From assembly GCA_964444705.1 (NCBI GenBank), contig CAYUHX010000002.1, positions 22,869-86,868 of the forward strand: a stretch of 64,000 nt of DNA. The letters are read 5' to 3'. Source of the stretch: an uncultured Gammaproteobacteria bacterium. GTDB lineage: Bacteria > Patescibacteriota > Patescibacteriia > Magasanikbacterales > GWA2-37-8. The notes under the pieces are model-generated. The model was not told the DNA's origin. It saw only the letters and a list, made by a program, of their open reading frames with translations, and did no database searches. The first letter of the stretch is position 1, and every line of letters starts with the position of its first letter. A program made the translations under genes and the position numbers. This document shows, piece by piece, positions 1-8,468 of this stretch.

Positions 1-254
1 CGGGGGCGATGCGAGGAATTGGCTGGGCTATTTTATATTTTGATCCAAAAGGGGATCGTTATTTTAACTGTTGGGTGAATGAACATGATATGGGTCACCT
101 CGCCGGCTGTGTACCACTTTTAGTGATGGATGTTTTTGAACACGCTTTTATGCTTGATTATGGCACTAAGCGCGCCGATTATATCCAAAGTTTTGTAAAA
201 GCTATTGATTGGCAGAAAGTAGATGAGCGCCGGAGTGTGGTGTCTGCTGCGTAG
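1..254 (+). CDS. sod: Fe/Mn superoxide dismutase, C-terminal part (runs off window start)
   Basis: GWAIL...PLLVMDVFEHAFMLDY...DYI motif matches the SOD DxWEHAY metal-ligand signature. Confidence 0.9.
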   Translation, partial: GAMRGIGWAILYFDPKGDRYFNCWVNEHDMGHLAGCVPLLVMDVFEHAFMLDYGTKRADYIQSFVKAIDWQKVDERRSVVSAA

Positions 255-261
255 ACTCAGC

Positions 262-591
262 ATGATTGAGACGTGTGTGAAATTATTTTTCCCCAAAACC
301 ATTTTGAGTGATCCTGATTTTGCACTTCGACGGGCAGGATATGGTTTTGTTGTTGATCGACACAGTCGGCAGGTAAAAAGTTATGTGCATCGTCTTGACC
401 GAGATTCATACCCACGGTTTCATGTGTATGTAGAAGACGCGGGTGAAAAGTGGTCGCTCAATCTGCATCTTGATCAACGACCGTCAGTATATGAAGGCGC
501 GACTGCACATTCTGGAGAATATGATGGTGCGGTGGTGGAACGTGAAGCGGCGCGTATCACTCATGTGCTCGAGAAAAAAAACTCTGATTAA
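262..591 (+). CDS. hypothetical protein
   Basis: ORF between sod and the methyltransferase; contains YPRFHVY...LHLDQ; ATG 262 chosen over the upstream overlapping start. Confidence 0.6.
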   Translation: MIETCVKLFFPKTILSDPDFALRRAGYGFVVDRHSRQVKSYVHRLDRDSYPRFHVYVEDAGEKWSLNLHLDQRPSVYEGATAHSGEYDGAVVEREAARITHVLEKKNSD

Positions 592-611
592 AAAATTAGT
601 ACAGCGCGTAA

Positions 612-1163
612 ATGGTGTTTTTGATTATGGAATTATTTTTCTTCCTCCTTTTTTTTCTATTACTTTTTACGTTTGTATATGGGAGTCTTTCGGCGGCGCC
701 GTGGGTGCCGGGACGAACGAGTGATGTGAAGCGATTTGTAGAGCTCGTGGAAATCAAACCTGGTCAGCTCATGTATGATTTAGGGTGTGGTGATGGGCGT
801 TTTGTGTGTGCCGCCGCCACGGCCGGAGCGAGAGCTGTGGGGTTTGAAGTTTCTCTGCTGCCTTATTTTTTGGCACAGGTACGCCGTTTAATGTTAACAA
901 AGGAAGCGCGTGCCCGTTGTGAGATACGATTTAAAAATTTTTGGAAAATTTCACTGCACGAAGTTGATGTGCTTTATTGTTTTCTTTTGCCGGAGGTGTA
1001 TGATCGTTTGAAAGAAAAATGTGAACGTGAGTTGAAACCCACAGCCAAAGTGGTGGTATATGTGTGGGCCATGAAAGATTGGGAGCCGGTAGTAGTAAAC
1101 AAATGCACCGATCGACCGGTGATGTACGTGTATGAAAAAATAAATTCAAATACAAAAAATTGA
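612..1163 (+). CDS. membrane-anchored class I SAM-dependent methyltransferase
   Basis: N-terminal TM, APWVP, YDLGCGDGR motif I. Confidence 0.85.
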   Translation: MVFLIMELFFFLLFFLLLFTFVYGSLSAAPWVPGRTSDVKRFVELVEIKPGQLMYDLGCGDGRFVCAAATAGARAVGFEVSLLPYFLAQVRRLMLTKEARARCEIRFKNFWKISLHEVDVLYCFLLPEVYDRLKEKCERELKPTAKVVVYVWAMKDWEPVVVNKCTDRPVMYVYEKINSNTKN

Positions 1164-1181
1164 ATAGTAATGGCTAAAATT

Positions 1182-1532
1182 TTAGTTGGAATTTTTATCA
1201 CTTTTTTGATGTTCTTCGGCAAGAGCAAGAAGCACATCATCACGTTGTTCGATTGTTTTTTGTCTGGCGCGCAACTCGTCACGTTTGGTTTCTAATTCTT
1301 TAAGGAGGGTAAAGAGTTCTGTAAGCTCGTGAGATTTTTGATCGATAGCTTGTTCGATTTTATGAGTCGAGCGTTTTCGAAGGAGAGGTTTGATTTGTTC
1401 TTGCAGATCAGTGATTGATTGAGACACCGTTATGATTGTCTGCTCGATTTGAGCGAGTAATTTTTTTGTTTCAGCAAGGAGTGTGCGTGTGTCAGAAAAT
1501 AAAATTTCTGGGGGTGGAACCGTTTCTTTCAT
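1182..1532 (-). CDS. hypothetical coiled-coil protein
   Basis: 116-aa ORF rich in L/E/K/Q heptads. Confidence 0.55.
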   Translation of the reverse strand: MKETVPPPEILFSDTRTLLAETKKLLAQIEQTIITVSQSITDLQEQIKPLLRKRSTHKIEQAIDQKSHELTELFTLLKELETKRDELRARQKTIEQRDDVLLALAEEHQKSDKNSN

Positions 1533-1589
1533 ATAAGAAAAATGGAGAGAGTGAATTTTGGGTAAAGATAGTTTGTGTAATGATAGTTG

Positions 1590-2174
1590 TTATTGTTTTT
1601 GTTCTGTTGAACTGGTTGTTTCGTCAAGAATAGGAAAGGTGGAAGTGGTATCGTCTAGTTGAAACATTTCATTTTGAGGAAGTTTTTTTTCAGGGTTAAA
1701 TAAAGGGGAAAAATAACTTATTACCACAAAATAGGGAACCCAAAGCAGCTGCAGGATAAAAAAAGCAATGCCGACTGGTCGCCAATGGGCTTGGGCACGT
1801 TTAAATTTTTCGACACTTTCCCATTCGTTTTTGCGCCAAGCCCATTCGTTGCCTTTGAGGCCAAGCACAATCCACCACACTAATTTAAATCCAGGAATAA
1901 AATTGAGTAGAAAGAACCAGCTGCGATGATATATTCCCCAGACCATTGGCACAAAAGCCGCGGCCCAATTCCAGCCAGCGATTTCTTTTGGTAGCTCTGA
2001 CATTTTTCCTTTTCCTGAGCGAGGGTCAATGATTGTGAGGGGTGCGTCTTGTTTTTTGATGGCTTGAATTACTAAACTTACGACGAGCACCTCTAGACCG
2101 CCAATGATAGCAATGAGTACAAGCATGGCTAAGAAAACAAACGCGGTGATGAATAGAATTGCGGGAAGAGGCAT
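1590..2174 (-). CDS. membrane protein with WNWAAAF motif
   Basis: GWNWAAAF...WGI...GLKGNEWAW...F...Q..W pattern and several TM segments. Confidence 0.7.
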   Translation of the reverse strand: MPLPAILFITAFVFLAMLVLIAIIGGLEVLVVSLVIQAIKKQDAPLTIIDPRSGKGKMSELPKEIAGWNWAAAFVPMVWGIYHRSWFFLLNFIPGFKLVWWIVLGLKGNEWAWRKNEWESVEKFKRAQAHWRPVGIAFFILQLLWVPYFVVISYFSPLFNPEKKLPQNEMFQLDDTTSTFPILDETTSSTEQKQ

Positions 2175-2246
2175 ATTTTAAAAATGAATAAAAATAAAGA
2201 TATTTTAGCTGTGTGAATGGTAATTAGTTGAATAAGTTGTTTTTGG

Positions 2247-2468
2247 TTATTCTTGAGTTGTTTTTGCGGCTATCCTTTCCCAAGCAAGAATGGTGGGTAC
2301 AACAAAGGGGAAAATTCCGTAGAGTAAATCGCTCACCGAATTAACGTGCTGGTTTACAGCAAATGTGGTGTGCACACAAAAAGTGAGAGCAGCGAGGGTG
2401 ATAAGCCAACCCTGCCAGGAAAGAGGATAATACCAAACACCAAATTTTTTAAACCAAGGTAAAGTCAT
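2247..2468 (-). CDS. small two-TM membrane protein
   Basis: WFKKFG.WYYPLSWQGW followed by hydrophobic helices. Confidence 0.6.
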   Translation of the reverse strand: MTLPWFKKFGVWYYPLSWQGWLITLAALTFCVHTTFAVNQHVNSVSDLLYGIFPFVVPTILAWERIAAKTTQE

Positions 2469-2540
2469 AGAGCAAAGCTAAATAACTGATTGGTGCAATT
2501 AAAACATATCGCCTAGTTAATGTATAGAGTTTTTTAAAAT

Positions 2541-2566
2541 AAAAACTCCAGCTAAGTGGAGTTTTT
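2541..2566. terminator. intrinsic terminator after gene 2650-3156
   Basis: AAAAACTCCA-gctaag-TGGAGTTTTT perfect inverted repeat. Confidence 0.8.
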
Positions 2567-2570
2567 GGAG

Positions 2571-2630
2571 GATCGCTCACGCTTCAGACCTCGGTTTTTT
2601 AGCCAAAGTCTCAAGTGTGAGCGAGCGATC
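2571..2630 (-). repeat. 60-nt bulged hairpin, element 1
   Basis: Gene strand: GATCGCTC[GCTC]ACACTTGAGACTTTGGCT-aaaa-AACCGAGGTCTGAAGCGT-GAGCGATC. Confidence 0.8.
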
Positions 2631-2649
2631 GGTGGGGGGTGGCTCAGGT

Positions 2650-3156
2650 TCACCGTGAGATCGTGAAGTTCACGGTGAAAGGGTCGTCCCGTTTTGCTGC
2701 CTCACCCAGGTGGAAGAGGAGGTTTAAGAAGTTTTTGCGGTTATCTGGTATTTGTTGATACCAGACCAGGAATTTTTGGACGCTGTAGACATCCAGCCCA
2801 CTAGGGAAGAAAATGGTAAAGACCACGTTCGTGCCGTCCCGGAAGCGGACGGTGAATGTACTGCCATCTTCCAGGCGGAAGATGGGGTTCCACCAATAGC
2901 GTCCAGGGGGAATCGCCCAGACGATGTTGTAAGAAAGCTGCCACCAGCTTTCTCCCGGCTGGACGACCTGGTGGTTTTTGACCGCCCGATGCACGCTGTA
3001 GGCGACTAGCACCACGGCGGCAGTGCCCCACCAGGTGATGAGGCCAGAGATCGTGAGCAGGAACAGCCCAAGACCGCCGAGCACCAGGGCCGGCAGGAGA
3101 CGGTTTTTTGGTGCCTTTGACCAGATCGTAAAATCGTGGGGAGGGAGAAACGTCAT
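2650..3156 (-). CDS. GC-rich, SD-led hypothetical membrane protein
   Basis: Two N-terminal TMs; GCGAGGTG 5 nt before ATG; GC higher than flanks. Confidence 0.7.
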   Translation of the reverse strand: MTFLPPHDFTIWSKAPKNRLLPALVLGGLGLFLLTISGLITWWGTAAVVLVAYSVHRAVKNHQVVQPGESWWQLSYNIVWAIPPGRYWWNPIFRLEDGSTFTVRFRDGTNVVFTIFFPSGLDVYSVQKFLVWYQQIPDNRKNFLNLLFHLGEAAKRDDPFTVNFTISR

Positions 3157-3222
3157 TGGAGCACCTCGCTTTCAGGGGTATCTTTACCATGAGGTGGGGG
3201 AGAGAAGCAAGGATGTAAGAAT

Positions 3223-3867
3223 CTAGGCTAAATTAAGAAAGGAGGTTTTGGTCGCAACAAACTCAAGTAAAGCCGCCACTGTGCGCCCTTCGCTGATTTC
3301 TCCATGGGCGCATTTATCTAAAATTTCAGTAAAGGTAAACCACTTGCCTTGGTGAATGTCTTCACCTTCTTCATGAAGTTTATTCGTGGCGCTGCCGCAT
3401 ATCTCTTCGGCCAGGATGTAGTACAAATCCCATTCGACGGTGGCACCACATTCTTTTTTGGCAAAAAAGCGTAGTTGTGTGGCTTCAAGCTGGGCTTCTT
3501 CGCGCAATTCTTTGGCCGCTGCCGCCAGGATCATAGCTTCGGGCACCGCTTGGGTAAGGTAGGGGCGATAGTCATTAAAACTATCGACGACTTTTCCTCC
3601 GGGTAAGCGCCAGTCCAAAACGTTATTTCTTTCTAACCGAGCCTCTTGTTGCAAATAAATAGTTTTATTTTGTACCGCAATAATTCGGGTGCCAGGTGCG
3701 CGGACAAATTTTTCAAACACTTTGGCTATATAACCCTTACCTTCATCAACCAGCACTGGAAATTGTACAATTGCCCCAATGCGCCCTTCGCTTAAAATGG
3801 TCGGCGCGCCATTAGGGATAATTTTTGGTTCGTCAGGAGTGCGGATTCGAACAACATTCATTGTCAT
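3223..3867 (-). CDS. NUDIX hydrolase
   Basis: WRLPGGK...AAAKELREEA Nudix box with an insertion. Confidence 0.85.
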   Translation of the reverse strand: MTMNVVRIRTPDEPKIIPNGAPTILSEGRIGAIVQFPVLVDEGKGYIAKVFEKFVRAPGTRIIAVQNKTIYLQQEARLERNNVLDWRLPGGKVVDSFNDYRPYLTQAVPEAMILAAAAKELREEAQLEATQLRFFAKKECGATVEWDLYYILAEEICGSATNKLHEEGEDIHQGKWFTFTEILDKCAHGEISEGRTVAALLEFVATKTSFLNLA

Positions 3868-3965
3868 ATTTTTTAAAAAATAATTAAATCATTAGGCTGA
3901 GCAATATTTTGAAATTTTGTGCATAGAGCTATACCCGCGCACCGGTTAAATTACCACTTTCGTAT

Positions 3966-4610
3966 TTACTTGCCGCTGATTCGTTGCACTTCAAATTCTC
4001 CGTTGCTTCGTTTAATGAGACGATAAAAAGCATATACCGTTTGTCCTTCATGTGGAGCGGCCACGCCAAAAATAAAAGGTCGGTCGGATGATAAATTACC
4101 TCGGGTATAATATTCTTCAAAGACGGCCATTGCATCACCATCTGATGGTTGCCAAGGGCGCTGGTGTGCGTCGAGTTCGTGTGTTTCCACCGGATGAGTG
4201 TGCACATCGCCAATGAATTCTAAATTTCTATACTGTGGATACGCCCTTCGTAGTTCCTCGATTGAGCGCTGAATGGCGGCTAAGTTGGGTAATACGTATT
4301 CAACATGCTCGGTATACAGCGCTTCGCCCTGAGCATCTCGAGAGTCATGCGGGTCAACTTGCATTACTGCTTCGATAGTTACATGGACTGAATTTTTTTC
4401 TTGCGGCCGCACTTTTCCTAGAAGTATGGCGTATTTTTCTCGTCGTGCCCTTAGATCACTCGGCGTAACTTCTGGGAGATGCGCACCAACTTTTTCAGTA
4501 AAAGAAAAAGTGACTCGCAAATTTTCATCGAGAAAATCTATCTTTTGCGATGTGGCGTCTCTGGCTTCGGTTGCCGATCCCCTTCTATTAAAACGATCTC
4601 GTGGAGGCAT
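3966..4610 (-). CDS. JAB/MPN-domain metallopeptidase-like protein
   Basis: E-KYAILLG, IGDVHTHP and PSDGD match the JAMM ExnHxHx(n)SxxD motif. Confidence 0.7.
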   Translation of the reverse strand: MPPRDRFNRRGSATEARDATSQKIDFLDENLRVTFSFTEKVGAHLPEVTPSDLRARREKYAILLGKVRPQEKNSVHVTIEAVMQVDPHDSRDAQGEALYTEHVEYVLPNLAAIQRSIEELRRAYPQYRNLEFIGDVHTHPVETHELDAHQRPWQPSDGDAMAVFEEYYTRGNLSSDRPFIFGVAAPHEGQTVYAFYRLIKRSNGEFEVQRISGK

Positions 4611-4613
4611 AAG

Positions 4614-5159
4614 TTAAAAAGTACAACCAGGTTTGGCGGCAGTTGAAAGCAGCATTTTAAAAATTGTGTCGAATAGCTCGTTCGTGCCCGAAGCTAAGAT
4701 TATTTTTTTCTTTCCGGCATCAGATGCTATCTCAATAAATAAACTGGCCCGGTCGGGGTTGGGCAAATGTGAGCCAATGATATCAGGTAAACTCCAAAAA
4801 GTCGGCCGACCGAAATAGCCATCAAGAGCGATCAGTTGCTCCATAGTAATTTTTTCATCTTTTTTAATACACGAGCTGGGGTAATCGGAAATAATTTTTC
4901 CGTTTTCGTTTTCAGTATTCGGTGTAACGCCCGGACTCAGAAGAGTAATAGTATAAGGTTTGATGTTGCCACCCATTCGGCCGAAAGAAACTTTACTAAA
5001 ACCAGAATACGCCCCCGCCGGATTTGGGTCAGCGGCGTTTGGTGTAGAGGTGGTAGTGCGAGGGGGTTGGTCGTTTAGAACTGAATTGGTTGCAGGAGTG
5101 TTACTACAGCCAACTCCGAGGAGTGAAATCAAGGGAATTAAAAATAGAAAATTTTTCAT
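4614..5159 (-). CDS. lipoprotein, native composition
   Basis: MKNFLFLIPLISLLGVGC lipobox followed by a T/P-rich linker. Confidence 0.7.
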   Translation of the reverse strand: MKNFLFLIPLISLLGVGCSNTPATNSVLNDQPPRTTTSTPNAADPNPAGAYSGFSKVSFGRMGGNIKPYTITLLSPGVTPNTENENGKIISDYPSSCIKKDEKITMEQLIALDGYFGRPTFWSLPDIIGSHLPNPDRASLFIEIASDAGKKKIILASGTNELFDTIFKMLLSTAAKPGCTF

Positions 5160-5235
5160 ATACTTTGTTAATTAGAGAATGATGTGAGTATAGCAGTATG
5201 CCTAAATTAGTTCGAGTTTTTTGCTGGAAAAAAAT

Positions 5236-5261
5236 AAAAAAGCCTGGAACAGGCTTTTTTT
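5236..5261 (-). terminator. terminator downstream of tRNA-Gly
   Basis: AAAAAAGCCTG-gaa-CAGGCTTTTTT. Confidence 0.75.
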
Positions 5262-5262
5262 G

Positions 5263-5334
5263 AGCGGGTGAGGGGAGTCGAACCCCTGTCACCAGTTTGG
5301 AAAACTGGGATAATAGCCGTTATATGACACCCGC
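5263..5334 (-). tRNA. tRNA-Gly(TCC), CCA not encoded
   Basis: GCGGGTG acceptor pairs with CACCCGC; anticodon arm CCAGT-TTTCCAA-ACTGG; T arm AGGGG-TTCGACT-CCCCT. Confidence 0.95.
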
Positions 5335-5512
5335 AGTGAGTGAAAAGAAAAAGATTTTTCTTTTCCGAACGAAGGGCGGTATATACCTTAGTATATGACA
5401 CCCGTAACAAGTGAAGGCACTTTAAAAAAGTGCTGTTTCTTTAAAGTGATTTTAAGTATACTATACGAAAAAGAAATGTCAATAATTTCTTTAAAAGTAA
5501 CCTTCAAATGGT

Positions 5513-5833
5513 ATGTGGCAGGAGTATTCTTCATATTTTACACCTTTAAACGCGCTTTTGGCCTATCTCGTGGGGATAAATTTTGTAGCCTTTTTGGCAT
5601 ATGGATTTGATAAATGGGCGGCACGGGCTGGTTGGTGGCGAGTGCGGGAGCGAACGTTGTTGTTGTGCGCCCTTTTGGGTGGCAGTCTTGGGGCAGCGCT
5701 CGGGATGAATTATTTTCGTCACAAAACAAAAAAAGAGTCATTTTTTCTTTGGGTACTTCTCATTATAGTATTTCAGGTAGCCATTTTTGGGTATCTATTT
5801 TTTCGGTTTTTTCTTTCGGAGCAAAGCACTTGA
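5513..5833 (+). CDS. DUF1294-family membrane protein
   Basis: YGFDKWAA...WRVRERTL...GGSLGA...FRHKTKK. Confidence 0.85.
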   Translation: MWQEYSSYFTPLNALLAYLVGINFVAFLAYGFDKWAARAGWWRVRERTLLLCALLGGSLGAALGMNYFRHKTKKESFFLWVLLIIVFQVAIFGYLFFRFFLSEQST

Positions 5834-5857
5834 CGCTGTTTTCAAACCTGGTAAAAT
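5830..5857 (+). promoter_or_regulatory. sigma70 promoter for the acidic small ORF
   Basis: TTGACG-16 nt-TAAAAT with extended -10 TG. Confidence 0.6.
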
Positions 5858-5920
5858 ATTTTTCATATTTTACTCTAGAGTAAAATATACACAGTATTTA
5901 CTTACATAACCTTCCCCTAT

Positions 5921-6076
5921 ATGGCACTAGATTTTGCCTTGGAAGAAGACGTCGACTTAGACGGCGAAGACGAAGAAGAAGTGGATGAAGACGAAGAAGA
6001 TGATGATATGGACGAAGAGGATGAAGCTGGTGCCGGAGATTATACCGACGGCGATGACGATGATGATGACGAATAG
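5921..6076 (+). CDS. 51-aa hyperacidic protein (absent from the ORF track)
   Basis: MALDFALEEDVDLDGEDEEEVDEDEEDDDMDEEDEAGAGDYTDGDDDDDDE*; own promoter and terminator. Confidence 0.75.
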   Translation: MALDFALEEDVDLDGEDEEEVDEDEEDDDMDEEDEAGAGDYTDGDDDDDDE

Positions 6077-6086
6077 CGAAGAGTGG

Positions 6087-6111
6087 AAAATCCCCCAAAA
6101 GGGGATTTTTT
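6087..6111 (+). terminator. intrinsic terminator
   Basis: AAAATCCCC-caaaa-GGGGATTTTTT. Confidence 0.8.
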
Positions 6112-6349
6112 GTTGAGTAAAGCAGTTTTCTTCAACCACGCTGTGCTACCCTTGACAATAGTGTTAAGGTGTGATTTAATACCGCGTCGTATGGTTTGAT
6201 ATGAATAGTTGATGGTTCTTTAAAATACTTAAAAGTGTGTGGTGAAGCGAAGAAAGCGCTTGCCCCAGCTGACAAAGGCAGAAATAGTTTGTGTCTTGTT
6301 TAGCTGGAGGCAAAGGCCTCGCAAGCGTTTTCAACCCTGGAGGATCGTC

Positions 6350-6865
6350 ATGAAGCGCAACACGTGTCTGTTCCCCGGTTTCTTCGCCATTGCGGCCGCC
6401 ATCGGCTGCGGCAGTGCCCCTCCTACCGACCAGAACTTCAGCATCCCGGCGCCGGCGGAGTGCGACCAGCGGCAGCTCGAGGTGCGGGGTGACCGCAAGG
6501 TGACTAAGATCGAGTTCCCCGTGCCGAACGCAGGCTCGTACTACGTCGTGCAGAACGGCTACTCCGTCCGGTCCCCCTTCCCGGACGGGTACTACCCCGG
6601 CGTGGATGTGGTCAAGGACAGCTGCGGCAAGCCGGCCGTGAGCATCGACACTAGCGGCGCCTCGGTCTGGGCGAACCCGGGGCAGAAGGTGGGCGCCTGC
6701 CCCAAGGGCGGCGCCCAGCCGAACGGTGGGGCCCAGTGCTACAACTTCGAGGTCGGGCAGGGTGGCGTCATCACGCCGTACCTGGCGCCGCCCACGGACG
6801 AGCAGATCCAGGCGGAGCAGGCGATGGTCGCGGAGATCGCGGCCGAGCAGGCCGCCCAGGAGTAG
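6350..6865 (+). CDS. GC-rich, SD-led lipoprotein
   Basis: GGAGG before ATG 6350; MKRNTCLFPGFFAIAAAIGC lipobox; about 68% GC in line 6421-6480. Confidence 0.75.
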   Translation: MKRNTCLFPGFFAIAAAIGCGSAPPTDQNFSIPAPAECDQRQLEVRGDRKVTKIEFPVPNAGSYYVVQNGYSVRSPFPDGYYPGVDVVKDSCGKPAVSIDTSGASVWANPGQKVGACPKGGAQPNGGAQCYNFEVGQGGVITPYLAPPTDEQIQAEQAMVAEIAAEQAAQE

Positions 6866-6960
6866 CCACTTCGGCAACTCCGCGGCAGCCCCGATCGCTC
6901 TACACCTCCGACTCCACCTGCCCACCGTCAGCGCTAACCAGCGCGTGCGGTGGGCCTCGA

Positions 6961-7020
6961 CTGATCTCGCCTCCGTATGTATTTGTTCACTTGAGTGGAG
7001 AAATGCATACGCGAGATCAG
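6961..7020 (+). repeat. 60-nt bulged hairpin, element 2
   Basis: CTGATCTCG[CCTC]CGTATGTATTTGTTCACT-tg-AGTGGAGAAATGCATACG-CGAGATCAG; a smaller hairpin at 6920-6955 precedes it. Confidence 0.8.
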
Positions 7021-7047
7021 TTTGAGTGAAGTGTGGTTGGGAAAATA

Positions 7048-7084
7048 AAAAATCCCTCTTATCAAGTCGATAAGAGGGATTTTT
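7048..7084. terminator. bidirectional terminator
   Basis: AAAAATCCCTCTTATC-aagtc-GATAAGAGGGATTTTT. Confidence 0.85.
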
Positions 7085-7111
7085 AGTTGTTTCAAATTTT
7101 GTGTTGCGGAG

Positions 7112-7579
7112 TTATAGCGAAGGAAATAATTTTCGTTTTAGTCGAGAAAGCCACGATTCATTTTTTCGCTCAAGCAAATACCACATTCCCAAGCCAAAGA
7201 GCGTGGTTGACGTGGCGGCCGAGAGTAAACAATATTGGCAAAAGCTGTGAAGAATAAATGCTTGCAGAAATAAAAACCACAGTGAAGCGAGAAGTCCGGC
7301 GCTAGTGAACCAGGCAAGGTGTTCGAGAATTTTTTCTCGGGCGGTATCAAAATAAAAAAGCGCTCCCACCACAATGCCGAGATAATACAGCGCCCCAAGG
7401 AGCGCGACCGGTATTCCTGCCGCAGTGGCGTAGGGGCTCGTGAGTACACGTTCACAACCTTGCACCACGGAGCAAGGAGGGATGGTTCCTTGAAAATGTT
7501 CAACGGTTAAATAGGTAGCATCGAGAAAGCCCAAAAAACCTACAAAGAGAAAAAGACCAGCAAATTTTTTTGAAGTCAT
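7112..7579 (-). CDS. vitamin K epoxide reductase (VKOR) family protein
   Basis: CSVVQGCERVLTSPYA loop cysteines and CQYC active site, 4-5 TMs. Confidence 0.9.
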   Translation of the reverse strand: MTSKKFAGLFLFVGFLGFLDATYLTVEHFQGTIPPCSVVQGCERVLTSPYATAAGIPVALLGALYYLGIVVGALFYFDTAREKILEHLAWFTSAGLLASLWFLFLQAFILHSFCQYCLLSAATSTTLFGLGMWYLLERKNESWLSRLKRKLFPSL

Positions 7580-7592
7580 AGCAGGTGTCTGG

Positions 7593-8318
7593 TTATTTGG
7601 TTGAAGAAGGTGTTGTTGCTAGAGAGGAATTGTCGATCGTTTGTTTAATCGCATTTCTAAATTCATCAAAATTTTGGGGCTTTAGACGCACACCATTTAA
7701 AAAGAAAGAAGGTGTGGCATCAACGCCTGCAGCGTTACCACTTTTTTCATCTCGTTCAATATGGGCGGTGAGGTTGCCAGAAGAAAGATCTTTTTGAAAT
7801 TGTTCCACGTTGAGAGGAATTTCGCTGGCCAAACGAATAAATATTTTTTGAGCACCTTCATCGGTTTCGCCTTCCCAACTATTTTGGCTGGCAAATAATT
7901 TGTCATGCATTTCCCAAAATTTTCCTTGGCGTCCTGCAGCTTCAGCAGCCAGTGCTGCCGCTTGGCTATGCGCATGTTGTTGTAGGGGGAAGTGTCGGTA
8001 GACAAAACGCACACGCGTACCAAATTCCGCCATTACACGCACAATGAGAGGTTCAAAGGCGGCACAGGCGGGGCATTGAAAGTCGCTGTATTCAACCACC
8101 GTGACGCGTGACAGCACATTGCCACGTACCCAATCGGTTGATTCAACGGGAGCAAGATTGGCAGGGGTAGTGCTCATTATTGGGGTTTGTCCGCGTTCAC
8201 CAAGTTTGGCAATTCCCCAGATTGACAGAACAATCAATAGTAATACGCCGCCCCACAGCCCAATTCGTTTCCAAGGGATATTTTTTGCAGACGATTGTTT
8301 TTGTGTAGTGGAGGGCAT
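7593..8318 (-). CDS. DsbA-family thioredoxin-fold oxidoreductase
   Basis: EYSDFQCPAC, RHFPL, ATPSFF cis-Pro; N-terminal TM. Confidence 0.9.
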   Translation of the reverse strand: MPSTTQKQSSAKNIPWKRIGLWGGVLLLIVLSIWGIAKLGERGQTPIMSTTPANLAPVESTDWVRGNVLSRVTVVEYSDFQCPACAAFEPLIVRVMAEFGTRVRFVYRHFPLQQHAHSQAAALAAEAAGRQGKFWEMHDKLFASQNSWEGETDEGAQKIFIRLASEIPLNVEQFQKDLSSGNLTAHIERDEKSGNAAGVDATPSFFLNGVRLKPQNFDEFRNAIKQTIDNSSLATTPSSTK

Positions 8319-8468
8319 AGAAAAGATTAAAAACAAAGTATGTGTAGAAATAGTATCTCTCGAAATTGAAATTAGTTCAATGTGCGCCTTGATTGCTTGG
8401 GCGGTGGCAGACCCTTCTTTTTTTAGAAAGAAAGGCCTGCGAGGCAGAAACAATCGTTGGAGTAGTGG

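Noticed and set aside
5898-6139. Minus-strand His/Arg-rich and Phe/Ile-rich ORFs
   Set aside because: Antisense shadows of the acidic ORF at 5921-6076, which has the promoter and terminator.
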